The position numbers and the translations under genes are program-made. Shown here piece by piece: positions 29,371 through 42,194 of a DNA stretch of 64,000 nt. The first letter of the stretch is position 1; every line of letters starts with the position of its first letter. Source of the stretch: Octopus bimaculoides (taxonomy: Eukaryota); contig NC_068982.1 in NCBI RefSeq assembly GCF_001194135.2, forward strand, positions 2,101,576 to 2,165,575, written 5' to 3'. Under the pieces are notes generated by a model. That model did no database searches, had not been told where the DNA came from, and worked only from the letters and a program-made list of their open reading frames with translations.

Positions 29371-30217
29371 TAGCAGAAATACCCGGCGTTGCTCCGATTA
29401 AGGAGAATAATGAAATTTAAATACATCGTGTAGATTACGCAAGTCTCAACTGATAGTAGCTAAGATACCAACGTTCTACATTTATAACTCTCCAACCCAT
29501 GTCAGCATGGAACATAGATACTGAGTGAAATGTTAAAAGAAAGTTTTCAACTCATATATTATATAAAGTAAATACACGTAATTCAAAAACTCGTTTTGTG
29601 TAGCTTATTTCGTAATCAGAAAACAGGTACAGATTAAACGATGAAAAGCCGATTTTGATGATTCATTTGACAGAAGTAGTAAAGAGCCAATCCGATGATA
29701 AATCTGATCTTGGATCTTGAAAGTTTGCATGAATCCTGGCCGAGTTAAATCTCTTGTGGCTCAAAATGATGTCATATATAATGCAGCGTTGTATTGTCTT
29801 GTTATGTTTTGGAAGTGCTTGGAATCTTGGTGGTTTGATGACGCTAGTTTCTACAATGGCACTGGAGGTTGGAGGATTGCGGAGAGTTTAACCATTCCAC
29901 ACCTGCAGCACAGTGCAGGCGTCTCCCCAGGCCACTTCCTTGCTTTAAATTGAAAGGTGCTTCCTTCATAGAATTTGCTTTCCTGAGCTGTTGCGACTTC
30001 TCTTCATTCTGCAGTGGAGATCATATTCCTTGTCAGCCGTGCATACCTCTGTTCATCACTTTGAGATATTCCGGCTTTTGTAGTGCACAGTCTGTTCGTT
30101 TCTTGGTATGCTTCCCTTTCTGCAGCTGTCTCTCTTTCCTTGGAGAGAGGCATTCTTTTAACACTTTCCTTCTAAGCATGGTTATATGCGTATACAGAAA
30201 TACACGGGTGTAGAAGA
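29370..30217 (-). mobile_element. internally deleted Helitron retaining both termini and the 5' part of the Rep/Hel ORF
   Basis: Minus strand begins A|TCTTCTAC (30217) and ends in a GC-rich subterminal motif followed by CTAG|T (29370). One frame (~30160-29640, three stops) reads ARKWPGETPALCCRCGMVKL...QPPVPL...DSKHFQNITRQYNAALYMTSF...FMQTFKIQDQIYHRIGSLL, typical of the Helitron Rep N-terminal region. Confidence 0.9.
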
Positions 30218-30369
30218 TAGTAAACAATGAAAATAACTGGGAAACGAAAATGATATTTCTTAATACGAGGAGCAGAAAGTTAAAAAAATTTTAACGGAAA
30301 ATAAAGGATTTTCTACGAGTTGAAGCAAAGTTTGTCATTTAGTGAACCAAATATTCAGTATCAACAGAA

Positions 30370-30650
30370 AAACACAAAACCGTTGCAAAAGTAAATAAGA
30401 AATTTGTATGGAAATTAACTCAAGTGTACGGATTTAAGTGCAAGTTTTGAGGTTACTTCTGTCAAATTATGAACTTATTTTTACCAGTAATTCCGCCAAA
30501 ACAAAACAAAACAAAAAAAAAACACAAAACGTTGCAAAAGTAAATAAGAAATTTGTGAGCAAGTAGTGTATGGATTGAAGTGAAATTTATGAAGTTAATT
30601 CTATCAATAAATTATGTATGAAATTAGTTTCATCAGTAATTGTGAACTTT
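30370..30650. repeat. diverged ~150-bp tandem duplication
   Basis: AACACAAAAC(C)GTTGCAAAAGTAAATAAGAAATTTGT at 30371-30407 and 30521-30556. Confidence 0.75.
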
Positions 30651-31584
30651 CTGTCAGTAATTTGTTGTTTGTAAATAGCGATTGAAAACTTACAGTGAAA
30701 TAAAAGCGATTGAAGTTAAAGTGAAAACAATAGCGCCTGAAAAATGTAAATGAAAACAATAGAGAGTGAGTGAGATGTAGAGAGGAGAGAGCTAGAGAGG
30801 TAGACAAATAAAATAGATATATATAGATAATATATTGACAGACAAATACAGCGAGAGAGATATAGAGATGGACAGAGATATATAGATAGAGAGAGATAGA
30901 TGGGTAGAGCGATATAGATAGACAGATATAGTTGTCACTGACGTTAGAAAACCGGAAGAAAATATTTAAAAAAGACGTGAATGTAATATAAAGAGCAATA
31001 TTTTTTTTATTTTTGATAGAAAGACAATCAAATGAGGAGCTTAAAATGTGTCCGAGGTTAATTTTTTTGGATGTAAGTGAGACAATTAATTTCTGAAATT
31101 TACTTAGCAAAGAGTTACCTCTCTTCTCCACGTAACCCAGAAACGGGTGCTTTCTACCCGCAGGGGGCCCGTTACTCATTATGTGAAAAGTTTGAAAAGT
31201 TTCAAACCATCCCTGGAAGACAAGTAATGTATGTTCCCAATTTGAAGAAAATCAATTGAAAAATAATATACGTCCGTTATAATCTTTTACACACACACAC
31301 ACTCACACACACATACAGAGAAAGGGATTAATATATATATATATATATATATCGCATATATAAATAGATATGCGATATACATGCACATTTATATAGATAG
31401 GCAGGCAGGCAGACAGTCAGACAGATACTGGTCTGCGCATCAAATGTATAAAGCATTTGATACAAACCATTAAATTCGGGACAAACTTTGAGCGAATTTC
31501 TTGTGTGGTAACGTTTTAATTTGTTTATCAGTCAAAATATAATCTAATAAAACCATTGGCTACAACGAACGACGCAGCACCAGC

Positions 31585-32335
31585 AATTTGAGGGCACGAG
31601 TAAGTCGGTTACGTTGACAGTAGTGCTCAAACTGGTACTTTATCTTGTTTAGCATGTTAATGATTCTGCTGCCTTAAGATCATGGGCGAAATGCTTAGGA
31701 GCATTTGTGTCTTATTACGTTGTGAGTTTTAACTCCTCCGAAGTCTACTTTGCTTTTCGTTCTCGTGGAGACGATAAAATAAGTACCAGTTAAGCAGTGA
31801 GGTCGTTGTAATCAACGTATTCCCTCCTCAGAAATTGCAGGCTTGTCCCAAAATTTGGAAACAATATTCCTCTAAGTTAAAGTGCGAGCTGGTAGAATCA
31901 AGCGACACACAATGAAATTCCGTCGATCTTTACGTTCTGAGTTCAAATTCTGCTGCGGTCAAATTCGCCCTTCATTCATTTATAGATCGTTAAAATAAAT
32001 ACCAGTTGAACACCAGATTCGATTTTATCGCCGTATTTCCTCCCCAAAATGTGTTGGCCTTATGCTAGCATTTGAAGCCAATATTATAATTTTGTATTAT
32101 AAAAATTCTTACTACTGTAGGTACAAGGTATAAAGGTTTGGGGGCTAAGAGGCAAATCGATTACATCGATCTCAATGCTCAACTGATACTTATTTCATTG
32201 ACTCCCAAAGGAAAAATAGCGAAGGTGACTTCGGCAGCATTTGAACTCAGACCGTAAAGACGGACGAAATACTGCTAAGCAATTTTCCAGGGTGCCAATA
32301 ACTGCCAGTTCACCGACTTATTTCGTATCATAATA
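31585..32335. mobile_element. cluster of about four copies/fragments of one tRNA-like SINE family in mixed orientation
   Basis: Plus copies ~31680-31862 and ~31880-32090 (GCGAGCTGGTAGAATC...TTACGTTCTGAGTTCAAATT), minus copy ~32120-32330, minus fragment ~31586-31640. Confidence 0.8.
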
Positions 32336-34364
32336 AAGAAATGTAAAACTTATCTATATAAGTTGATCTACTATACATGAGCACTAGTTTTTGCTGTAAA
32401 ATTTCTATCAACTTCTCAACAGTCCTAAAATGAGATTATATTTTTGAAACGTAATTAAGCATTTTTGGTCTGATTAGCGCTTTCCATCCAAGAAAATATA
32501 ACGAATTCAAAATTTTCATGCATTTCCTCTTAATAATTTCTACAACATTGGTGTTCATTGTATTTTATGTGGCTGTGAATTGCATACAAAAAACACAAAA
32601 TGGATATTCTTTTTGTTCTAATATATGTAGTTCACTAAAACAATTAAGCGAATAGAATATTTCAGCAACACCACATCAGTTATTTTTATTCTTTATAGGT
32701 TTTATTCTGGGTTTCAATGCTTGATTAGGGCCTCATTACATCTGCATGCATATAACATGAAATAGGGTTCTGAGAAAATCATCTTGGATTTGGCAGTAAT
32801 TCTATTGCATTTCATGCTAAAGACACTGCAGTTAACACGTGACCGATATACACTTCTTTAAGTATGTAAAAGAAAAAAAAAACAGACTAACGTAAACCTC
32901 AATTATATAGCAATTGTGTTATGGGAGTCCATAAGAATACATTAAATATGTTTTTATGTTATACAATCCAACATGTGATTACACGTGTTTCACATAATAG
33001 TGTATAGCAGAAAAATACTGCCTCTGCAATCAGTGACGATGCAAAGCAACGTTTAATGTTTGCACCGCATATTTTAGGGAAACAAATAGAGAGTAATTGG
33101 ATCGGCTTCTATAAAATAATAGCTGTTGTCGTTTCCTCACACGTCAGTCGCAATCACAGTTTAACTCTTACCAATAACATTTCAGCTGTGATTGCACTTT
33201 TTTTTCGCTATTTATATTGTATTACACACACATGCACAAACGCACACAAACACACACACACACACGCACACAGACACACGAGTAGTTAATGCATCTTCTA
33301 TTATGTAAGTTTGATGGTGAAGTTTTGGCTGGCACATGTAGGAGATCGAGTCGTACGAGAAATGATGAATGACGATATCTTAACAGTAGCTTGTATGCTG
33401 TTCGATCATAATTTAAGGAAGAGGCATTAATGTAAGCATATTCAGTGTTCTACATCGTTCTAGATTAGCAAGTCCATCGTATAACAAAAATAAACAACCC
33501 ATAGGAGCATAATCATTTGAGCGTCGGGCAAATATCCCTCCAGCATGAAGCTAGGAGCCGTGTCGTCTAAGATCAATTTGTACATTCATACACGAGTCTA
33601 CTTCTTTAAAGCTCAAAAGTATAAAGTTCCTACGAAATACGGAGGTTTATTTTAGTTCTAGAATGCTTTTTAAACGTGGGTAGAATTAAGATAAAAGATA
33701 AACGGAAATTTTCTGCTATATATAAACAAGTATATACACAATAATTAATTAAAAACTTACAACGGTTAAATAAAAAATTTGTTCATTCCTGTGCGATATT
33801 TCGTTGATGTTATCTTATAGTAATGATTATGAATGATGTATCGTTTATTTTTTAGTTTTTGGGTAAATTAAAATCTTGTCCCTGTTTTAGGTTCTCGTCT
33901 TACTATTAAAGTGAATGAGCGACAGGGCATGATGTTCAACTTTCAATACAGAAATAATTAACGTGCAGCTGATTGAAAAAGCTTCACTAAAATCGTTTAT
34001 TATTAATTCCCCTAACGTGTTTAACTAATATCAATTTTTAAAAAAATATTGTAATATGCAAGGGAATTTTCATTTAAACATTTCGTTTCGAACCAAGTAA
34101 GTGATACGAATGTGGTTTACACAAGCAGTAAAAAAAATCATCACAGAATATTCATTGGCTAATTTAATAATGTAAATTAAGGATCGGATCCTACTAAAAA
34201 ATATGTTATACTTAGAGTTTGACTTCCTCAGCAGTAAAAATCATCAGAAAATTGTTGATGTTGGTGTAGTTGTTTGGTTCCGCATGATTTAGCGGCTGAG
34301 TTTTAGACGCAGTATAAGAAGGACCACATTATCCAAGTTACAAATCTCTATTTAAATTGTTTAG

Positions 34365-34495
34365 GTTATTTACATTTGACGGATATTTATCCTCATCTTT
34401 TTTGTTGTTAACGCAACGTTTCGGCTGATATACTCTCATCACGTGTCTAGTGGAAATTTCGAACCTGGGTTCTCATTCTTAAGGTATTTTTTCGA

Positions 34496-34530
<35 letters not shown>

Positions 34531-34601
34531 TCACTGCTTCGAATCGAACTTTGAATGTTGGGGTTAGTAGCCCGCGCTCTTAAGCACTGCGCTATTTGCC
34601 C
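34365..34601 (-). mobile_element. tRNA-derived SINE with internal (AAT)n and a degenerate hammerhead-like motif in its 3' half
   Basis: Minus-strand head with A box TAGCGCAGTGC and B box AGTTCGATTC, then (AAT)n, then ACAC-GTGATGA...CC-GAAAC-GTT-GCGT. Confidence 0.8.
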
Positions 34602-35675
34602 ATCAAATCTAAATACTGTACATAATTTCTCATCTCTTAAATACAGAACTCTGAAATCTCTATTTACTACAAAATAATTTGCTGTGAGAGAGATTTGGCT
34701 GTTATGTCAGGACGGTAAATAAATTCTTATAGAATTACACTTAACGCGGTTTATTTAATTACATTTTTATTTCTGTGCGCTCCTGTTGGCTTGGAGCTGG
34801 AAAGAAGATGCATAGTTGTACAGCTACTATATTTTCAATTCCACTGGACACTGGTGGTTATTACATGTTGCCGGTGATGGTTAATATGGCAATATCTATA
34901 TTATTTTAAACAAAAATGAATGATGAGGAAAATAGGAAAACAGAAACTAGCCTTGGCCCTGTATATTAACAGGGTATATTAAAATATTTTCGAATGTACA
35001 GTAAGTGCTGATCAAGAAGGACCTGTTGTCTACTTGACCACGAAACTAAATCTAAAGTATTACTCAATCGCTCGTTAAATGCTGCCAATATTCACAATAT
35101 CCATTTAATATTGATCCGATTTCGTGGATGTTTCAAACAGGTCTATGGTTTCTTTCTGTAGAAGTATTTTCGATTATGTTACATTATATTACCATTTTTC
35201 TGACATTTATACAAGTACGGATACGTACATAGGAAAGAAAACAAATCTCTTAAAAAAAGGATTCATAATAATTTTCCGTATAATATTGCGGATATATTTA
35301 ATATCAAAATGAAATCCTCGGAACAAAAGAGACGAAGGCAGCCAAACTAATAATCCTACGGTCTATTCATGTCATTCCTATATCTGAAAACTACATTATT
35401 ATATTTCGTTTATACACCTAAACATACTTTCTTTCTTCGATTATGTTCAGCAATTGCTATCTTCCAGAATCAATAAAATTCTTATTCACCATACATAACC
35501 CTTCTTCTCATCGTTTCTATCAGAGAAGGCCTTTATTTTGTTCTGCAAACTCACATACTTCATATACTTAAAATATTAGTCTGGTCCCATTTGCCGATGG
35601 TTTTATATTACTGAAAACCTTATCTAGTATCTGCCAAACTTTATACAGTTCTCGCTTTCCGGTCTGTGTATGTGT

Positions 35676-35725
<50 letters not shown>

Positions 35726-36378
35726 CCAAACACATTCAAAATAATCTGAAATAATACATACATATATATGTGTGTGTGTGTGTATCTGCATGTGTTTTGT
35801 AATATGAGGTATACATAGATGTACAGGCTTATTTATATACATACACACACAAACACACACAGACATGCACGCAGATACATACACATACACGAAGACACGT
35901 ACACATACAAGCACATACATATAAACACACACGTCTACATGCGTGTGTGTTCTTTTCCTATCTATTACTGATATCAAGGATAATGTCGAAGAAGAGACAG
36001 CTGGAAGATTCGAGGGACACAATTTCACTAAACTGTAATAACATGAAGTAGCATGCTTCGCAATCTACAATTTGAACACCAGAGCTTATGATCATGTGTT
36101 GTATGTGTGTGTGCGTGTGTGTGTGTGTGTGTGTGTTTATGTATCGTTGCTATTATGCAAAAGTGTTGTAAGTTGAAAACGTTACATTTTCAGAAAACAA
36201 AAAACTAGTTTCACCATTCCATAGCAAAACAGTTTGACAATTTTTGATATATTGGCATCAAAAGCAGCTGCAGATACGATAGTTTGTCCAAAAGAACCGG
36301 CTGTTGCAAGCAAAAATATACTTTGAATAAAACGCCTTTGGCCACATTTGGACATACGACAGTTTAACATAATAGCAA

Positions 36379-36461
<83 letters not shown>

Positions 36462-37338
36462 ACACACATACATACATAGAAACATTTGTCTGTGTGTGTA
36501 TGAATATACATGATTGTGTATGTCTCCCTCGTTATATGTGCGTGTATGCGCGCACGCGTTTGTGTATGACTGCCTGCAGATGGAATTACAACCGCAAGCA
36601 TAAAACGTCACAAGATTATTTCTATTGATTCAACATTTGAATATCCACGAATATAAATTGTTGGACAACTTGCATTTCGCATCTTCATTATAGAGCACTC
36701 ATTCACCATTTTCAGTATCGTATTCTTTTCACTGGAGTTATTGGATGAAGGCAATTCGATATCGATCAAGCCGTGTTTCCCAGAAGTGTAAATGCTTCCT
36801 CTCACTAGAAACAGTCTAGAATAACTTGCTTCTTTCCATTTCTTGATTAGTCGCCGGGTATTCCACCAGTGTGTTCAGCTATTCCATATAAATAGACATT
36901 TTGAAAATTCGGTAAATATAATGCATTGCACGTTTGCTTTAGTTTTTGAAAACTGGCATTTTTTTTGTAGACTGTGCATTAGCATGTGAGAACATGACTG
37001 AAACAAAAAGATTCCGTGACTACAGGCAAGGGAACATCTGTTTCTGAAATTGCGCAAGTTTTCCCCAAATAAACATCACTATTTATTAGTATCACGGAAA
37101 TATAACAAGGGTAACTGGAATAATTTGTAAACGCTTGTGTGAATTCAATTGTAGCATTTCACCATCGGGGAAGCGATAATAATTCAGATGTATGTACAAA
37201 TGATTCTAGGTGTATACATGTATAAACATACTTATACAGGTATATAATTAAATGCAATGATAATATTAACACATATCTGTTTATATATATGAGCATATGT
37301 ATGCACGTGTGTGTGTGTGTGTGTGTGTCTGTGTGTGT

Positions 37339-37443
<105 letters not shown>

Positions 37444-37499
37444 TCTCTCTGTCTTTATAAATACAATTATATATATATACATATAAGTATATATAGGAT

Positions 37500-37790
37500 C
37501 ACAACATATAGGTACACGGCGGCATAATTTCTTTTCCTCAACAGGCCCTGTCCCGTTTAACATTGTCCTGAAACGGATAAAAGAGGAAAAGGACCCTATC
37601 AGCTTTAAGCGGAGTCTAGACAGATTTCTTCAAGGAATATCAGACAAGCCACCCATACCTGGATATAACCTAGTACTTAAATGGACCATAAACAAAACTT
37701 GACTTAAAAGGATTTAGATAATCTAATCAGGTGGTGCTACTAAGTTAGACATGACCTGGACCAATCTAAGCTCGAAACATATTTAAGTTT
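37500..37790 (+). mobile_element. CR1-clade LINE 3' end
   Basis: RHNFFSSTGPVPFNIV...SFKRSLDRFLQGISDKPPIPGY. The 3' UTR motif is shared with 2057-2095. Confidence 0.8.
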
Positions 37791-37829
37791 ATCTAAGTAT
37801 ATATATATATGCGTTTCCAAAATGTGAAA

Positions 37830-38650
37830 GTGACTCCGACGCTAATAGAGCTATCCATATATGGACGATGGGGGCTCACAGACATGCAGCCTTTCAGAGG
37901 CATCCAAAATCTGTCCAATCTGAACTATCACAAAGCAGATTGGAAATGAATAGAAATGAGATCACCAATCGGGACAGGTCCCAATGTGTCTTTACACCTC
38001 ACACCGATATAAAATTGAAAAGTTTTATGTCCATAATATGAGCGTTATGCTACAAATTTGTCCCAGAGAGGAAGGCCACTGCTCATAAAAACAAGATTCA
38101 TAGGGAGAGAAAATTTCTTATGAGACGGCATACAAAGACTGGAAACCACCGCAATAGAGTACTCAAGGGTAGTGAAAAATCCCTCCTGGAAAGAACACTG
38201 CTGGAAATAGAGAAACATCTGAAATGCTCCCATAAAAATGAAAGTGCAGACAAAGACGCCTCGGTTATGAAAAATGTTAAATCAAGCCATAAAGCCTTCT
38301 CTATGTACTCCGAGAAAACTGCCGCTGTGTGTTGCAAAGTAGGATCACTCCTCCAAAAAGATGGTTCTTTCACGGAAGACCAATGAGGATAAATAAAACA
38401 CTGAATGACCAAGTCAAAAGTGTCTTCACCCCACCGTTATGTTAGAGTCTTCAAAACAAAACTTGATAACCTCCTGTCAAGAGATCTGGATGCATTTACC
38501 TCGTGACAAGGAACGCACGAGGACAGCAACATCAAACTCCATCATTCAACAAATGCCACTCATCTGAGAAAAAACTTGTGAAGAAGTAACAAAGTAAACG
38601 GTGGTACCCCAGTATGGCCCCGCAGCTCTCGTGCAGAAGCTAGAAAAGGG
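37830..38650 (+). mobile_element. CR1-clade LINE ORF2 EN-RT linker fragment joined to a LINE 3' end (RT absent)
   Basis: NLNYHKADWK, KIHRERKFLMRR...LLEIEKHLKCSH...KNVKSSHKAFSMY...VGSLLQKDG...VKSVFTP, then VFKTKLDNLLSR and the tail GGTGGTACCCCAGTATGGCC. Confidence 0.75.
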
Positions 38651-38666
38651 GGAAATACACACACAC

Positions 38667-38732
<66 letters not shown>

Positions 38733-41700
38733 GCGCGTGTGTATGTATGTATGTATGTATGTATATGTAAGTATAGATATGTATGTCTGTATGCATACGT
38801 ATATATGCATAGGTAAACCTACTGATGTATACAAAGCCACACATTACCATTCAACACGACTGCCAGGCGGGATATGTTTGTACATCTCTTCAATATATTC
38901 GGATCCCGATTTCATTAGTGAAGAGATACGTCATGCAAGGTTTGTATTGTAGGGAGAAGTCAGATTGTGCGGAAATTACTACTCAGTAATGAAATCCGTG
39001 TAAATATATATATATATATATTCAATAAACAATATATACATCCCTGTACATACATACGTTAACCTATCCACTACACACACTCTCACCTATATATGTATGT
39101 ATGCGAGTGTTTTCGTTTCTGTATATAAGCATGTATGTAGGTATGTATGCTTGTATTCATGGCTATATTCTTTCTCCAGATAAACGTTAGATAATAATGA
39201 ATATTATGTGCATCAGTGTAACTTATATAAACATTTTTGCTATAGAATCCTCATCGTTTTCCTTTCTCTATTCGACGCACTTCTTACATTCTCATTGCTG
39301 CAATTTTTGTTCGTTATTTTGAAAATTTTCTTTGTCCTTCAGTCACAGATTTCTTTTTTGTTTCCCATTCTCCGTACGTTCCAATCTCACTCTTTCTCTG
39401 CTTGATTTTGTTTCTTTCGGATGTGCCATGTTGTTTAAGGCCTAAATTATTTTGTTATTTAGGCTTTCTCACTGCGAAGTGAAGGTTAAGGTTGGAAACG
39501 ACCGATTCAGCATTCTTCAGTGAGAATAAACGTACGTCACTCAACTATCGATTTTGCGTATTAACTTAGATTTTGCGTGTGCAGATTAAATTCTTCGGAT
39601 TTATTTGTTTATTTCACTTGACATGTGTATTGGAACTACCAACATGGGAAACCCTTACCCTTCTTTTTCTCGACGTTCTTCTTTCCATTGCTCTAATGAT
39701 TATGCCATTAAGGATAACAAATTTAACTCTGCTCATTATGACTATTGCAGCTGTCATTGATTATTGGCATTGTTTACTCTGCTCCAAACTGAAAATGCAT
39801 GGAAAGCCATTATGTGCCATTCATTATACGCTACTTTCCACACTATAAAATATATGACATACTAAGAACATTTACACAATTCATTTTGTGGTTTGGATTG
39901 TAATGAAGAATAAGCTAAAACTATTTTATGTATGAAAATATTGTTCTGCTTTAGGTTGTAAATAAAAGAAACGGCGACAAAGGTTTCACTAATTAAATGG
40001 TAGAATTTTTTAAAGAAATGTGTGAAAACAACACGGATCGAGGAAAATGTACACAACATTTCCAATATGTTCTTTTTTACTTATGATACGGTAAAGTATG
40101 ACGACACAGCGGCATGGTTTCTAAATCTACGATTTGGAATCACCGTGTACGCGCACTTTATGTCACATAACCAGATCTTGTTTGATGAGATATGAAAGAA
40201 TTTTTATACATGTATATTTCTATTACTTCTCAAAATTATTTCCCAATATAATGATTAACATTTCTCCTGGCTTACTTAGATACTTAACAGAAAAAAAAAT
40301 TCCTCTAGATTTACTACATGGGCAACTGAGAAATTCGAAGACGTCCAATGGTATCAATTTCAATCGATGCTTTTTGTTACTAGGTAATAAAATAGGAATA
40401 TTAGATTGCTATGATAAATAGATAACTTTCAATATCGGGGAGTTTCTATCTACATATATCTGTATACACACACACATATATTCATATATGAATATATATA
40501 TATATACATACATACATACATACACATACACACATACATACATTACATTATAAGGATACATACATACATACAAATACACACACACACACACACATATATA
40601 TATATGTATATATATATATGTATATATATTTATATATATATATATTTTTTCCATCTCTCTCTCTCGCTGGTCGTCTTTATAAGGCGAACTGGCAAAATCG
40701 TTAGCACTCCGATTAAAATGCTTAACGTCATTTTGTCCGTCTTTACGTTGTAAGTTCAAATTCCATCAAGCTCGATTATTGGCGTTGCTCCAGCATGACC
40801 ACAACCCTACGGCTGAAAAGAATAAGAGAATGCACACACACATTCATACGATCTGGTGGCCATAACCCGAATTTACAGAATCAACGAAGTTAGGGTGAAC
40901 CGAAAACAATAACACACTATGAAATTTTTCTAAAATATTATTAACAATAATCAGCATAAAAAAACAGTTTACATAAAAACGAATATATATACAAACAAAA
41001 AGCAAATGCTACACCAGATGTGCAGTCAAAATATTTACAAAGCTAACATACAGTTCAGAATTCGAACTCTGAATCCCAGTTTTTGGTTTCACCAAAATGG
41101 CCTCACACAAAACCTGGCCTCACACAAAACCTGGCCTCACAAATTTGGTTTTCCAGAAATTTGCCTTCGAAATATTTGGATTTCATAAAATCTGAATTTC
41201 CATTTTATTACAAATTCGGTTTTCGAAACTCGGATTTCGAACAGTAGATTTCGAACCTTGATATGTAATAAAATCTATCTTCACTAATTCGGTGTTCAAA
41301 CTTGCGTTTCGGACCTTAGACCTAAACATAATTAAATCTAATGTCAAAGCAACCATTTAAACTAAAAGTTCATGGCACAAAACGTCCGCCAGACTACATC
41401 AATAATTATTGTTAAAAAATTAAATAGTCAAACAAAAAGCTAGTTTGCTTAAATTCACACAAAACTGCTTCATACAAACATTAGGCAAGATTTACAGTTA
41501 CAAAAATATTGGCTACATGAAAAAATTAAATTCATTCACTCTTTAACTATTAAATACAAATTTTAACATTTATCTTAACAGAATATAGGTAGCAAAATTA
41601 CTACATGACATTCCACAAATTCAGAGTTCAAAATTCACATAAATATTATAACATAACATAACTTAAGAGATTTTTTGTACTCACCCAGATGTGACACAGA

Positions 41701-42049
41701 AATTATTTTAAATCTGACAAAAGTTCTGGCGAATTCCTGGAGCATAATAAATAAATCCATACATGCCTAACACAAAGCAAAGTGTGAATAAACTAAATGG
41801 GAAATCATAGCTTTCAGAATCCAATTGAACAACTTTGTCTCACAGACAAAAATCTGTCACAAAAAAAAAAAAAACGGGCGCGTACAATTATCTCTGCTTA
41901 TAAATGTTTGCCAGGGTTTAGCCAATTTGAGTTTTGGCTAATAACAATTAGCTTCTACCCCCATTTTGACAATGGACTTCAACCTTACCTTACACTGCAG
42001 CATGAAAAAGCTGTAAGTTTATCTGTTTGATTAACCTGTTACGCTAACA

Positions 42050-42190
42050 GACGGCGAGCTGGTAGAATCGTTAGCACGCCGGGCGAAATGCTTAGCGATA
42101 TTTCGTCTGCCGTTACGTTCTGAGTTCAAATTCCGCCGATGTCGACTTTGCTTTCATCATTTCGGAGTCGATAAATTAAGTAACAGTTAC
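42050..42190 (+). mobile_element. tRNA-like SINE, 3'-truncated
   Basis: GGCGAGCTGGTAGAATCGTTAGCACGCCGGGCGAAATGCTTAGC...GAGTTCAAATTCCGCCG. A related head lies at ~40680-40770. Confidence 0.85.
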
Positions 42191-42194
42191 ATGA

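Noticed and set aside
29720-29900. ALPKHNKTIQRCI frame suggesting a cut-and-paste transposase
   Set aside because: Another minus-strand frame gives a much longer, clear Helitron Rep match, and the termini are Helitron-type.
36600-37060. Minus-strand frame open for ~150 codons with one stop
   Set aside because: No recognisable domain or clear splice sites, so it cannot be supported as coding.
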